A stretch of DNA of 64,000 bases, from positions 558,001 through 622,000 of the forward strand of contig CM074812.1 of the NCBI GenBank assembly GCA_037447605.1, given 5' to 3'. The translations under genes were made by a program, and so were the position numbers. Below are positions 47,174 to 58,756 of this stretch, piece by piece (the first letter of the stretch is position 1; each line of letters starts with the position of its first letter). The notes under the pieces were generated by a model that was given only the letters and a program-made list of their open reading frames with translations, had not been told where the DNA came from and ran no database searches. Origin of the DNA: Zygnema circumcarinatum SAG 698-1b (Eukaryota > Plantae > Zygnematophyceae).

Positions 47174-48031
47174 AAGGATGAGAAGCATGTTTTTGTTGTG
47201 TGTTATAAGGGACGAACCAGAAAGTAGAGTGAAAGGAAGGGGAAGTGTGAAAGGCTGCCGCCTTTTGACGAGTTTGTTTTGGGTAGAGGAGGTTCATCTG
47301 TATGGGAGAATGGGATGTTGGAGGGGATGAAGTGAGCTGTAGGGATGTAGGCCTTTCAGTTGCCGTGAAAGGTGTTTGCACGAAACTTATCGTGATGGCC
47401 AAAAAAATAATACAGAAGGCATGTTTTTCCTTGTTCATGTGCTCATCTCGCTCTCCCTCTCTCTCTCTCCCTCTTTCTCTCTCTCACTCTCTCTCTCTCC
47501 CCCCCTCTTTCTCTCACACTCTCTCTCTTACTCACCTTTCCCTCGTTACCACAGCACTGCATTCCCTCTTCTATATCGGCCCGTATCCACTCTCTCTCTC
47601 ACTCAAAATATAAACATAACCATTTGTATTGATATGAAACACGGCCATAGCATGAAACTACCTAATGTTACATGTTAAACACAACCAACTCCACTTTGAA
47701 CTTGGAACCCAATGTTCCGCAGCCTCCACATGTCAGCTCATATCTTGCTCACTCCCTCTTCCTGCTCTAACGCGTGGACCAACCACAACTGTCCACGTTA
47801 GTGACGAGCATAGCTGGATTATTCAGATCGGCAAGTGCGATGGTACAATGATGCAATGGGACCCCACCCCATGATCCAAGCAACAACTTATACGAAAAGT
47901 TACCAAGACTACAAGTGTTGTGTTCAACAAAAATGTCAGTCGAATGGAATGGAATGGATTTCATGACCCATGGAGTTTGGGGGACTTGTTGTTCGTGCAA
48001 TACAATTTCAACACAATATCGATAAATATAG

Positions 48032-49355
48032 GGAGAACTATATACCGCCCCCCTTTTTTGGTTATCCCGCCACTGTTTTTTTGAAATCCGACCCTCCCAT
48101 TTCGGCTATTCTGCCCCCCTCCCCCATTTTGGATATTTCGGGAGGAGATCGCCCCCCTGTTTTGAATATTTCTTTCCCGCCCCTCCCGTCCTCTCCCCGC
48201 CCCTCCCCTGCCCTCCCCCTCCCCTTCCCTTCCCTTCCTTTCCTCTTTCGCAGAAAGAAAGTGAAAGAGAGTGAGAGAGAGAGAGAGCAGAGTGAGAGCA
48301 GAGGAGAGAGACTACAGGAGAGAGCAAAGGAGAGAGAAGAGAGAGAGAGAGCAAAGGAGCGAGAGCCGAGTGAGAGCAGAGGAGAGAGAGACTAGAGGAG
48401 AGAGCAAAGGAGAGAGCAAAGGAGAGAGAGAATGAGCAGAGGAGAGAGCAAAGGAGAGAGAGAATGAGCAGAGGAGAGAGCAAAGGAGAGAGAGAGAGAG
48501 AGTGAGTAGAGTAAGAGCAAAGGAGAGAGAGACTAGAGGAGAGAGCACAGGAGAGAGCAAAGGCGAAAGAGAGAATGAGCAGAGGAGAGAGAAGAGGAGA
48601 GAGAAAGACTAGAGGAGAGAGAGCAGAGGGGAGAGAGAGAGAGAAAGAGAGAGAGAGAGAAGACAGAGCAAGCAAGCAAGCCAACCATTACATCATGACA
48701 GAGCTTCACACTCACCAAAAGAAAAAGGATAAAAAGAGAATAAAAAGTTCCTAAATATAGAAAAAAATCGCAAACCGAGAGGAAGAAGGGAAGGGGAGGG
48801 GTGGGCAGGGGAGGGGAGGGAGGAGGGAGGGAGGGAGGGGAGGGGTGGGCAGGGGAGGGAGGGAGGGAGGAGGGAGGGGAGGGGTGGGCAGGGGAGGGAG
48901 GGAGGGGAGGAGGAGGGAGGGAGGGAGGGAGGGAGGGAGGGAGGGCGGAGGGAGGGAGGGAGGGGAGGGGAGGGAGGGAGGAGGGAGGGAGGGAGGTGGG
49001 CAGGGGAGGGAGGGAGGAGGAGGAGGAGGAGGGAGGGAGGGAGGGAGGAGGGAGGGAGGGAGGGAGGGAGGGAGGGAGGGAGGAGGGAGGGAGGGAGGGA
49101 GGAGGGAGGGAGGGAGGGAGGGGAGGGGAGGGAGGGAGGGAGGGAGGGAGGGAGGGAGGGGAGGGAAGGGGAGGGAGGGGAGGGGAGGGAGGGAGGGAGG
49201 AGGGGAGGGGCGGGAAAGAAATATTCAAAACAGGGGGGCGATCTCCCGAAATATCCAAAATGGGGGAGGGGGGCAGAATAGCCGAAATGGGAGGGTCGGA
49301 TTTCGAAAAAACAGTGGCGGGATAACCAAAAAAGGGGGGCGGTATATAGTTCTCC
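48032..49355. mobile_element. Non-autonomous Mutator-like element (MULE), 1324 bp
   Basis: ~150-bp near-perfect TIRs GGAGAACTATATACCGCCCCCC... / ...GGGGGGCGGTATATAGTTCTCC. Exact 9-bp TSD TAAATATAG (48023-48031, 49356-49364). Interior is mostly GA tracts. Confidence 0.92.
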
Positions 49356-49766
49356 TAAATATAGTCGTAAATTTCGTCAATATAGTCAATATAGTCAATA
49401 TAGTCAATATAGTCAATATTGTCGTGAATATCGTCAATATCGTCGTCAATGCCGTCAATATCGTCACCAATATCGCCAATATCGGCCTACTCTAACTTGC
49501 GTACTCCGAGCACGAGCCAACAGTCACGTTCACACTCCAAAGCTGGCAGACAATGCCGGCAGATTTCTCGTACGGAAGTCAGTCCTGCCGCGGCCTGCGC
49601 CATGCGAGGATGTGCGCCCGCCCCGCACAGTTGAGTTGTTGTTGAGTTGGTTGGCGCGCGCAGTTGAGTTGTGGCACAATCCCGCGCAATGTGCAAGAGC
49701 TTGTTGACCCACCGCGGGTCCACATGTCGAGCACATTGCGCTTTAGTTTGAGCCAGCCATTGGCAA

Positions 49767-50862
49767 GGAAAATGATACTTCGCCCCCCCCCCTTTGGGTT
49801 ATCCCGCCCCATTCATTTTTTGAAAACCCGCCCTCTCATTTTGACTATTCCATCCCCCCCCCCTCCTCTCCCCATTTTGGATATGTCGGGAGGAGATAAC
49901 TCTTCCCCTTTCCACCCCTACACCTGCCCTCCCCTCCGGTCCTCTCCCTTCCCCCCCTCCCCTCCCCTCCCTCTTCTCCCCTGCTCTCCCCTCCCGTCCT
50001 CTCCCCTCCCCTCGCCTTCATTCCCCTCCTCTTCTCGGTTTGCAATTTCCAAAGAAATGACTGAGTAAAAGACTCGCGATGAGTTTGTACAAGTCATGAC
50101 CGAGCACTACAAGCACGAAGGATTTCACATCAATATCGGCAAGCATAGCGACAGCCGCTGACTCTACCTGCAATGCTACTCTCCTCTAACTGCTCTCTCC
50201 CCTCTAGTCTCTCCTCTTCTCTCTCCTATGCTCTCTCCTCTGCTCTATCTCTCTCTCTCCTCTGCTCTCTCTCTCTCTCGCTCTCCTCTTCTCTCCCTCT
50301 CTCTCCTCTGCACTCCTTTACTCTCTCTCTCGCTCTCTCCTTTACTCACTCTCCTCACTCCTTTACTGCTCTATCTCTCTCTCTCCTCTACTCTATCTCT
50401 CCTATACTCTCTCTCTCCTTTGCTCTGTCTCCTCTAGTCTCTCTCTCCTCTGCTCTCTCTTTTCTGCCCCCTCTCCGCTAGTCTCTCCTCTGTTCTCTCT
50501 CTCTCTCGTCTGCTCTCTCTCTGTTTTCTCTCCTCTGCCCTCTCCTCTGCCCTCTCTCACTCTCCTCTGCTCTCTCTCTCTCCTCTGCTCTCTCTCTCCT
50601 CTGCTCTCTCTCTCCTCTGCTCTCTCCTCTGCTCGCTCTCCTCGCCTCTCTCTCCTCTGCTCTGCTCTCTCAGCGAATGTGTCGTTACGGACGTTGCGCT
50701 GATGTGTGACAAGGAGAAAACAGGGGGGTGAATGTCCAAAATGGGGAAGGGCTGGATAATCGAAAACAGAGGGCGGAATAGCCAAAATGGGAGGGCGGGA
50801 TTTAAAAAAAAACGGGGCGGGATAATCCAAGGGGGGTTGGGGAGGGGGCGAAGTATCATTTT
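49767..50862. mobile_element. Related MULE-like element in the FRO copy 2 upstream region
   Basis: TIRs AAAATGATACTTCGCCCCC / GGGGGCGAAGTATCATTTT, continuing ~100 bp with TTATCCCGCC and CCCATTTTGG motifs shared with the 48032 element. Internal (CTCTCCTCTG)n is the reverse complement of that element's GA repeat. Absent from the homologous copy-1 promoter. No TSD found. Confidence 0.7.
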
Positions 50863-50955
50863 GAAACGAATCGTGGCGAATCGCGAATCGCGATTGGAGG
50901 ATGCTCGACAACAAGGTGGCCGTTGTGGAACTTCCCTTCGCTCGACTCACACACT

Positions 50956-51248
50956 GTACAATGTTCCGGGCCGTACAGGTTTGTAGTACCGTACAAACAT
51001 GGACGCACGAGTGCTTGTACTGTACAGTACTGTAGCCATGATCGTACAGATCGTACAGAAGATACAAATTTTGCATGCCGTACATAATGTACATGTGACT
51101 GGATTGTACAAATTTTACAGGCCTTACAGATCGTACATGCCATCGATCGTGCACAATTTACAGATTGTACAAATTGTACATATCCAGTACAGTACTGTAC
51201 AGTACTGTAATCAGATTGTACAAATCGTACAGGCCGTTCGGACCGTAC
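50956..51248 (+). promoter_or_regulatory. Dense GTAC array (22 copies) upstream of FRO copy 2
   Basis: 22 GTAC counted by hand in 293 bp, many in CGTAC/CCGTAC/TTGTACA contexts, about 680-970 bp upstream of the ATG. Confidence 0.65.
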
Positions 51249-51924
51249 ATGGTGCTGTCCCCTCTGAGGGCACGCGCCAAACGAGAATCGCACGCACTCT
51301 CGCACGTCACACGCACACTCGCACGTGCGAGAGGTTCTTGTCCAATAGAAAAGTGTCACGTGAGCATTGTGGCTCGTTCCGTGCCCTGAGCGGCTACGTG
51401 GCCAATCCTACGCTCTGTGGTGCTGACATTTTAACCAATAGCCAACTGCCACGACAATTATTTTTAGTACGGATATGACGTACTTCATGACACCGTATCG
51501 AGCCATTTTTGAGCAAGTCGAATTCGTTTCACTCAAAAATAGTTCAAGGCTCAACATTGCTCCCCCTCGCCAAACATGGTTCACCGTTTACGGAACAATG
51601 CAAAATGTCAACTCAGGCTCACTCAATCCAATCATGAAATCTTGACTCGCCTCATATCAACTCAGCTCAAATTAACTCAGCCTGACTGTCGGTGCCGTAT
51701 TTCCAAATGTCGGTGCCGTATTTCCAAATGTCGGTGCCGACATTTATTTTTGCTAGCTCCGGCGGGGGACGGGCGTCTTCAAAAGGGAGGGAGGCGCCGC
51801 CCCTTCGAGCAGAGCCGTCCTCCCTCCCTCCCTCCCTCCCTCCCTGCCTCCCTCCCTCCCTTCCTCCTTCCCTCCCTCGAACTGAGGGTGAGAAAATTCT
51901 TGCTTTCGGTCCACCATGCCAGCC

Positions 51925-54900
51925 ATGGCGGCGGGGGAGGAGAGACCCCGCACTTCCTTCTTGGCAGTGGGGTGAGTGAGTGAGTGTGTGCGTGTGAGGG
52001 AGGGTGAGGGATCTGCTTCCTTCCTTCTGCTGCTGCTGCTACTGCTGCTGCTGGGGCTGCTCAGCATTATTGAAACTGATTCTCCTCGGTGTGAGTAGAA
52101 CAGTCAGTAGAAAGGAGAGCTATTTTGATCTAACGGATTCAACGGGGGGGGAGCGGGTGGGGGGTGGGGGCGCAGATGGGCGTACGCGCTACTGGCCACA
52201 ATGTGGGGCGCGTGGATCCTTTGGATCGCCGAATGGTGGGGCCTACATGCATGCCTTGAGTTCCTTCACGTGCAGGGAAGCTGGAGATATCGCAGCTTTC
52301 ATTTAACATTTCAAAGTAAATGAATTGCAGGTATTTCAAGCCGTTGTCGTGGTGGGACTGGCCAAAGAAGATTGGTCGATCGGGATACCTCGACTGGGCA
52401 GGTGGAAACCCCGCCACTTTCTCTATCCTCTCTTTCTCTCTATCACTCTCTTTCCCTCTCTCTCGCTTTCTCCCTCGCCCTCACCCCACCCCTCCCCCCA
52501 ACCCTTCGTTTCTCCACACTCAATAAAGCCTTTTCCTGTTTGCTGCAGACGGCTACTGGGTGTTCATGGTGGTTCCCCAGCTTCTGGTCACAGTGTTGGC
52601 GTATCTCTACCTCAAGATCGATCGCCGCCAATTCCCCAACAGGTCAGCAACTCTGTCGTCGATCGCGGTGGCACGTGTCCCCCATGAATGTATACATGCA
52701 TGTGTATATACATACATGCAGGCATGCATGCACCACCATGCGCTGTACTTCAAATGACCCATAGTCACAGTCGGACTGATTGATTGATTGATTGATTGGC
52801 GAGCCCCAATCTGACCGACGTCACCGCCGCGTGCCACGTGTCAGGAGCCTCCCCGGCGGCAAGGCCCCCGCGCGGTGGGCACGGACCGTCGTTGTGGCGC
52901 AGCGCTCGTTGGGAGTGCTCTCACTCAGCGAACTCTTCTGGATCGCTGTTACAGTCGCGCTCCTCACATGGTACATCGGCCGCACTACATGGAAATCCTG
53001 GCGCGTATTGGAGAGACCGCCGGCGCATTCAGGTCACATGCATGGGGCGGTGGATATGTCCTTAAAGATGTACGTCTATCCTCGCCTACTCCCCAGCAGC
53101 CCACCAGAAACGAAAATCCTTAATTGTTCAATGGTCACGTCTATCGTTGTTAGGGCGGGGCGCGCAGGTGGCAGAAGAAGATAGACAAGTTTTGCCATAA
53201 CTTCGGATGGGGGTCAAGTATCCTTCTCTTTGTCATGTTCTTCCCGGTCAGTCGGAGCTCCCCTCTGCTGCGCGCCACTGGAATTCCGTACGAGAAGGCG
53301 CTCACGTACCACCGTTGGATGGCACACGGCATGCTCTTTCTAGGCTCTGTCCATGGCGTGGGATACTGGATTCTGTGGCTACTCGAGGGGAAGTTCGATG
53401 AGAACGTGCGGTTATCACCATCACCTCTACCGTTGTTGCCACCTTCGTCACGTTTTGTGTTGTTATCCTTTCCTCGTTGTATTAAAGGATTTTGGGCATA
53501 TAATTCTTTGAAGTTGGTTCTTGTTCTTTGCATTGTGGTCTCACGTCGTCTCTAATATTCAAGACATTCCTTGTTGCCTTTTGCACTATCGTTTCAGATT
53601 ATTCAGCGTGTTTAAGGATGACTAACCATGTTGGCTTCTATGGCGGGTGGGTTTGGCAGGTGTCGCTGTGGCAGGAGCATGGAATCAACTATTTGGCTGG
53701 CGAGATCTGCCTCATCGCAGGGTTTGTGATATGGGTCACATCCATCGGGCCCGTTCGCCGCCGAATGTTTGAATTCTTCGTCAGAACTCATCAGGTGCAA
53801 GGCCACCATCATCTATGAGCAGTGCATAAGAGATGCATGCTACCTATCAGTGGCTCGTTATTCAATAATGTCCGCTGCTATGTGCTATCGTCTTTGTTGC
53901 AGATTGTCTATCTCATCTTCATAGTCTTCTTCATGATGCACCTTTTCGACTTGTGGCTTCACGTGATGTTCCCTTCGATCCTACTGTATGGCATCGACCG
54001 CATTCTGCGTATAGCACAGGGCATGCATCTCGTGCAGGCGCAGAGTGTTGCCATTCTCAAGGATGGCAGCGTTGAACTAACTTTGCCCATAGCTGAAGGT
54101 TCGTCAAACCCACCCCCCCCCCTCTCACTCTCTCGCACCCACTATCTCATTCTCTTTCCTTATGTCTCTTTATCTCTCTCCCTCTCTCCCTCTCTCCCTC
54201 TTCCCCCCCCTCTCCCTCCTCCCTCCCATTGCCAATCCCTCTCTCTCCCGCGGGTCGCAGACGTGGCGTACAAGGCCCTAGACTCGGTGTTCGTGAACGT
54301 GCCCCTCCTCTCGCAGGCGCAGTGGCACCCCTTCAGCGTCTGCTCGAGTCCGCTCGACGGCCGCCGCAGCCTCCGCCTCGTGGTCAGGCCCTCGGGCCAT
54401 TGGTCCTGCGCGCTGCGCCGCCTGGCGGCCGCCAAAGAGCCCCTCCTGCTCCGCGTCGAGGGGCCGTACGGCCAAGAGCAGGACTACTTTGCAAAGTGCG
54501 TTAGAATAGTACGGATCTTGTTCTTGTCGTTGTTTTTTCTTTGAGAATGAAGATGGGTATTGACCAGATGTTAAGGAAGAGGGGATTGACGAAGGAGGAG
54601 GCTCCGTTTGTGCAGGTATGACTCGCTCGTTTTGATCGCCGGCGGCAGCGGAATCTCCCCGTTGATGTCTTTGTTGCGGGACTTGCTTCACCGATGTCAC
54701 AACAGGCAGCAGAGGTTGATTTCTATCCAATTTGTGACTTTTTAGGGTTCAGTTGTGATACGCTATGTATTATCTGCAGTGTTTCTTACTCATCACTCCA
54801 TTCTTGGCGGCTCCATTGCAGGTTGCCTTCCAGCATCACTCTCGTGTGGTCCGTGAAGACCTCCTCCTCGCTGCACCTTTTGGAGGGTATCCAGGCGGCC

Positions 54901-56156
54901 TCCATCTGTCCGGACTACGACCAATTCGTGAACGTCAACATCGATCTCTATGTGACTGAAGAGGCCTCAGCCGGCGAAGAGCAGGGCAAGCCCCTCCTGG
55001 AAATGACTCGACAGACATGGAAACCCATGTACCCCATGGTTCCCCAAGTCGCCGCAGGTGCCCTTCTTCTTGTCAACATTGAGAAAACAAATCTCGTTGA
55101 GAATAAGGACCTTGGCCTGTCCTTGCATGTCTTCTACAGCTTAATCTGAGGCTTCTAATCATGTCATGAGGCTTCTATCGTGTATATCCTACAGCTTAAT
55201 CCTTGAACAATGTAAACTGGTTCTGATGCTGTGTCTGTGTGCAGGCCGAGACCTCGCATCACTTCTCGTATACATGTTTATTGGTGGGGGCACATTTTCT
55301 TCTATCGTCGTGTTCTCCCGGTTCCTCGTGGGTCCTATTGACGGGCAGTCGTTCGCAGTCATCCCCTTGTGGGTGCGCAGCCTCATATACATTGCCGCCT
55401 TCTTGCTTGGCCTCTTCGTCTTCGCGGGAATAGCGGTGGGGGGGTGGTACCTTATTCGACCCCTACTTCTTCGTCGTGATACTTCCAATGTGAGCCTCTT
55501 CACCAACCTAAAGTAAGGCTTGAACATTAGAAACAATCTTAGAAACACGTGAGCCCTCTCTTGATACGCTATCTCTTGGTCGCTGTATTTCGCAAACTTT
55601 GAAGGCTATGTCATGAGTATGAGCATGTGCAGGATGTCAAACTCGGAGATGCTACTACGGAGCTGATTGAGCGGGAGTCTTCGATTCCCAAGGGGGAAAC
55701 CCTCTCATTTTTGCAGCAGCCAAGCATCACTTACGGCTCTCGCCCCAACATTGCCGGTATGCGTTGCTTGGCGACAACACATACACATAACACACAACAC
55801 ATATAACGACATCCTCTCTTCACGAGTTGCCCCACCATGGACCCGAACTAACAGTGCTGCTTTGAGAGCTTTGTTAAGGGTTGTAGGATTCTTGATTCAT
55901 TGGAAGCTCATTGAAATGTTTTACCGATGCCCATGCCCACGTCCATGCCCCACGGTGTGATATTGCAGATGTGCTCTCCAAAGTTATGGAGAATTCCATG
56001 GTGCGGGATGTCGGCGTGCTGGTGTGCGGGCCGTACGGAATGGAGGTCGACGTGGCGGAGCAGTGCAGGCGGCGCAGCGCCGGACCGCTCTCCCTTCCCT
56101 TCTCGTGCGGGAAACGACCAGTCCTCAACTTCCACAGCCTCTCCTTCACTATGTGA
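51925..56156 (+). CDS. FRO: Ferric/cupric reduction oxidase (FRO family), copy 2
   Basis: Same exon series as copy 1 with no disabling change seen. The FAD and NADPH exons are nearly identical, while TM-region residues differ (e.g. KIDKFCHNFGWGSS vs [14 protein letters not shown]; MHLFDLWLH vs MHVYDKWIH). An in-frame upstream ATG lies at 51916. Confidence 0.93.
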
Positions 56157-57553
56157 AAGGATGAGAAGCATGTTTTTGTGATGTGTTATAAGGGACGAAC
56201 CAGAAAGTAGACTGAAAGGAAGGGGAAGTGTTAAAGGCTGCCGCCTTTTGGCGAGTTGTTTTGGGTAGAAGAGTTTCATTTGTATGGGAGTATGGGAGCT
56301 TGGAGGGGATGAACTGGGTGTGAAAAGCTGTAGGGATGAAGGCCTTTCAGTTGCCGTGGAAGGGCTTTTCACGGGAATTATCGTGATGGCGAAAACTATA
56401 ATACAAAAGGCATGTTTTTTCTTATTCATGTGCGCACATCTCTTCCTCTCTCTCACACATTCTCTCCCCCACTTTCTCTCTCTCACTCTCTCTCTCTCCC
56501 TCTTTCTCTCTCTCACTCTCACTGTCTCCCCCTCTTTCTCTCGCTCACTCTCACTCTCTCTCTCTCACTCTCACTCTCTCCCCCTCTTTCTCTCTCTCAC
56601 TCTCACTCTCACTCTCTCCCCCTCTTTCTCTCTTACCCACCTTTCCCTCGTCACCACACCAATGCCTCCCCTCTATATCGGCCAGCATCCACTCCCTCTC
56701 TCACACAAAATACAAACGTCCTCTTGTATTGATATGAAACACGGCCATAGCATGAAACTACGTAATGTTACTTGTTAAGCACAGCCAACTCCACTTTGAC
56801 GTTGGAACCCAACGTTCCGCAGCCTCCACATGTCAGCTCACACCTTGCTCACTCCCTCTTCCTAAACTATGACGGGGGGACCAATCACAACTGTCCACGT
56901 TAGTGACGAGCATACTTGGAACATTCAGATCGGCACATGCGATGGTACAATGATGTGATGAGAACCCACCCCATGATCCAAACAACAACTGTTACGAAAA
57001 GGTGTGAATACTACAAGTGTTGCCTTCAGCCAAAACGTCAGTCTCATGGATTTCATGACCCATGGACTTTGGGGGACTTGTGGTTTGTGCAGCGTCAAAT
57101 GTAGAGCACTCCCCTTAATGTTGTATGGCAATATAATCCGAACGTTGGCATTGAGGCTTTGCATTTGTGGTCATTGTTCTTTGACCTCTAACAAAATAAG
57201 AACCAAAATTTGGAACAACACATGAATGAAACAATGACAACAAAAGTCCATGTGCTTCTTCAATATTGAAAACACCAATCACTGCCTACCACGTGTCCAC
57301 CTCGGCCCACAACAACAGTTTCATTCGCGTTCACACTCAGATCCGCCCAAGTTCCGAGTCAACAAAACGACAAAAAAATGTGACAGCGCGTGACGCCCTC
57401 GCTCCTGAACCCCCTCAAACCCTAAATCGCTTCGAACCACGTGGCGCCTTTCTGCCCTGCCACGTGGAGTCGTGCCCTCTCCCATCACACGTGCCTACCC
57501 ACGTCCTGCCGCCACGTGGACATCTCTCCGCCTGCCACGTTTCAGCTTCCGCC

Positions 57554-58725
57554 ATGCTGAAGTACCTGCTCATTGCCAACAGCGCGGGAAACGTCCTCCT
57601 CGAGCGGTCGGTCCCTTAGCCCTAGACCCCCTCCTATCCTCGGGCCCTGAACCCTAGCGGCAATTTTCTGTCATGAGGTTCAAGGGTTTGGAAACAGGAC
57701 CGGGCGGGTTTAGGGTTGAGAAGTGGGCGGATGGTTTTAGGGTTCAGAAGTGGCCGGATGGTTTTAGGGTTCCGAAGTCGGCGGATCGTTTTAGGGTTCA
57801 GGAGTGAGCGGACGGTTTTAGGGTTCAGAAGTGGGCGGATGGTTTTAGGGTTCAGAAGTGGCGGATGGTTTTAGGGTTCAGGTTCCACGCGGTTCCTTTG
57901 GAGGAGCGCGCGCAGCTCCGCGCGCATCTTGTCAAGCTCGGCGCGGAGGCGCGCGACGAGCAGCACTGCGTGGCCGTCATAAGGTGCAAAATGGGCTTAG
58001 GGTTCAGGGCGCTGAACCCTAGGGGGGGGGGGGGAGGGTTCCTTGTGGATCCTGAATTTTGTTGTTCAACTTTGACATTTGAGATCGATTTTGTTGAACC
58101 TTGAACTTCTGCCGTGAGCTTTGGAACTCTCTTGAGTCCGGAATCCTGTGGATCCTGGATCCTGAGACTTGAACCATGAACCCTGGATAGGACTTTAAGC
58201 TTTAAAACTCTGAACCCTGAATCTTGGAACGCTTATATCATGAACCCTGATTCTTGAACTTTGAAACCTTGAATTTAAACTCTAGTCCTGAACTTTGAAA
58301 CACTCCTGAACCCTGAATCTCGACCCTGCATACTAAACCGCAATAATTCGAACTTTGGAACCCTAAACCCTGAATTCTGAACCCTGAAATCCGAGTATTT
58401 CAACCCTAAAATCCTGAATCCTACTTGTTCAACTCAGCCCGTCCAACCCTGCCCTTAACAGGTTGCATTAGTTTTTATTTCTGTATTGCCGGCCAAAAAG
58501 TTCACAAAAGGTTCTAGGATATAAAATCGAAATATGTGAATGCTTTTAGATTTTATTGGAGTTTTGGGATGACTGTTGACAAGGGTTTTGGGGTTGAGGG
58601 TCGGAGCCAGACAGGACTTTGTCGTGTACTGCGCAGTGCAGGACATCATCATCTATGTTGTCGGCAACAAGGAGTATGACGATCTCGGGTGTAAGTTCTC
58701 TCGCTCTCTCTCTCTCTCTCCCTCC

Positions 58726-58756
<31 letters not shown>

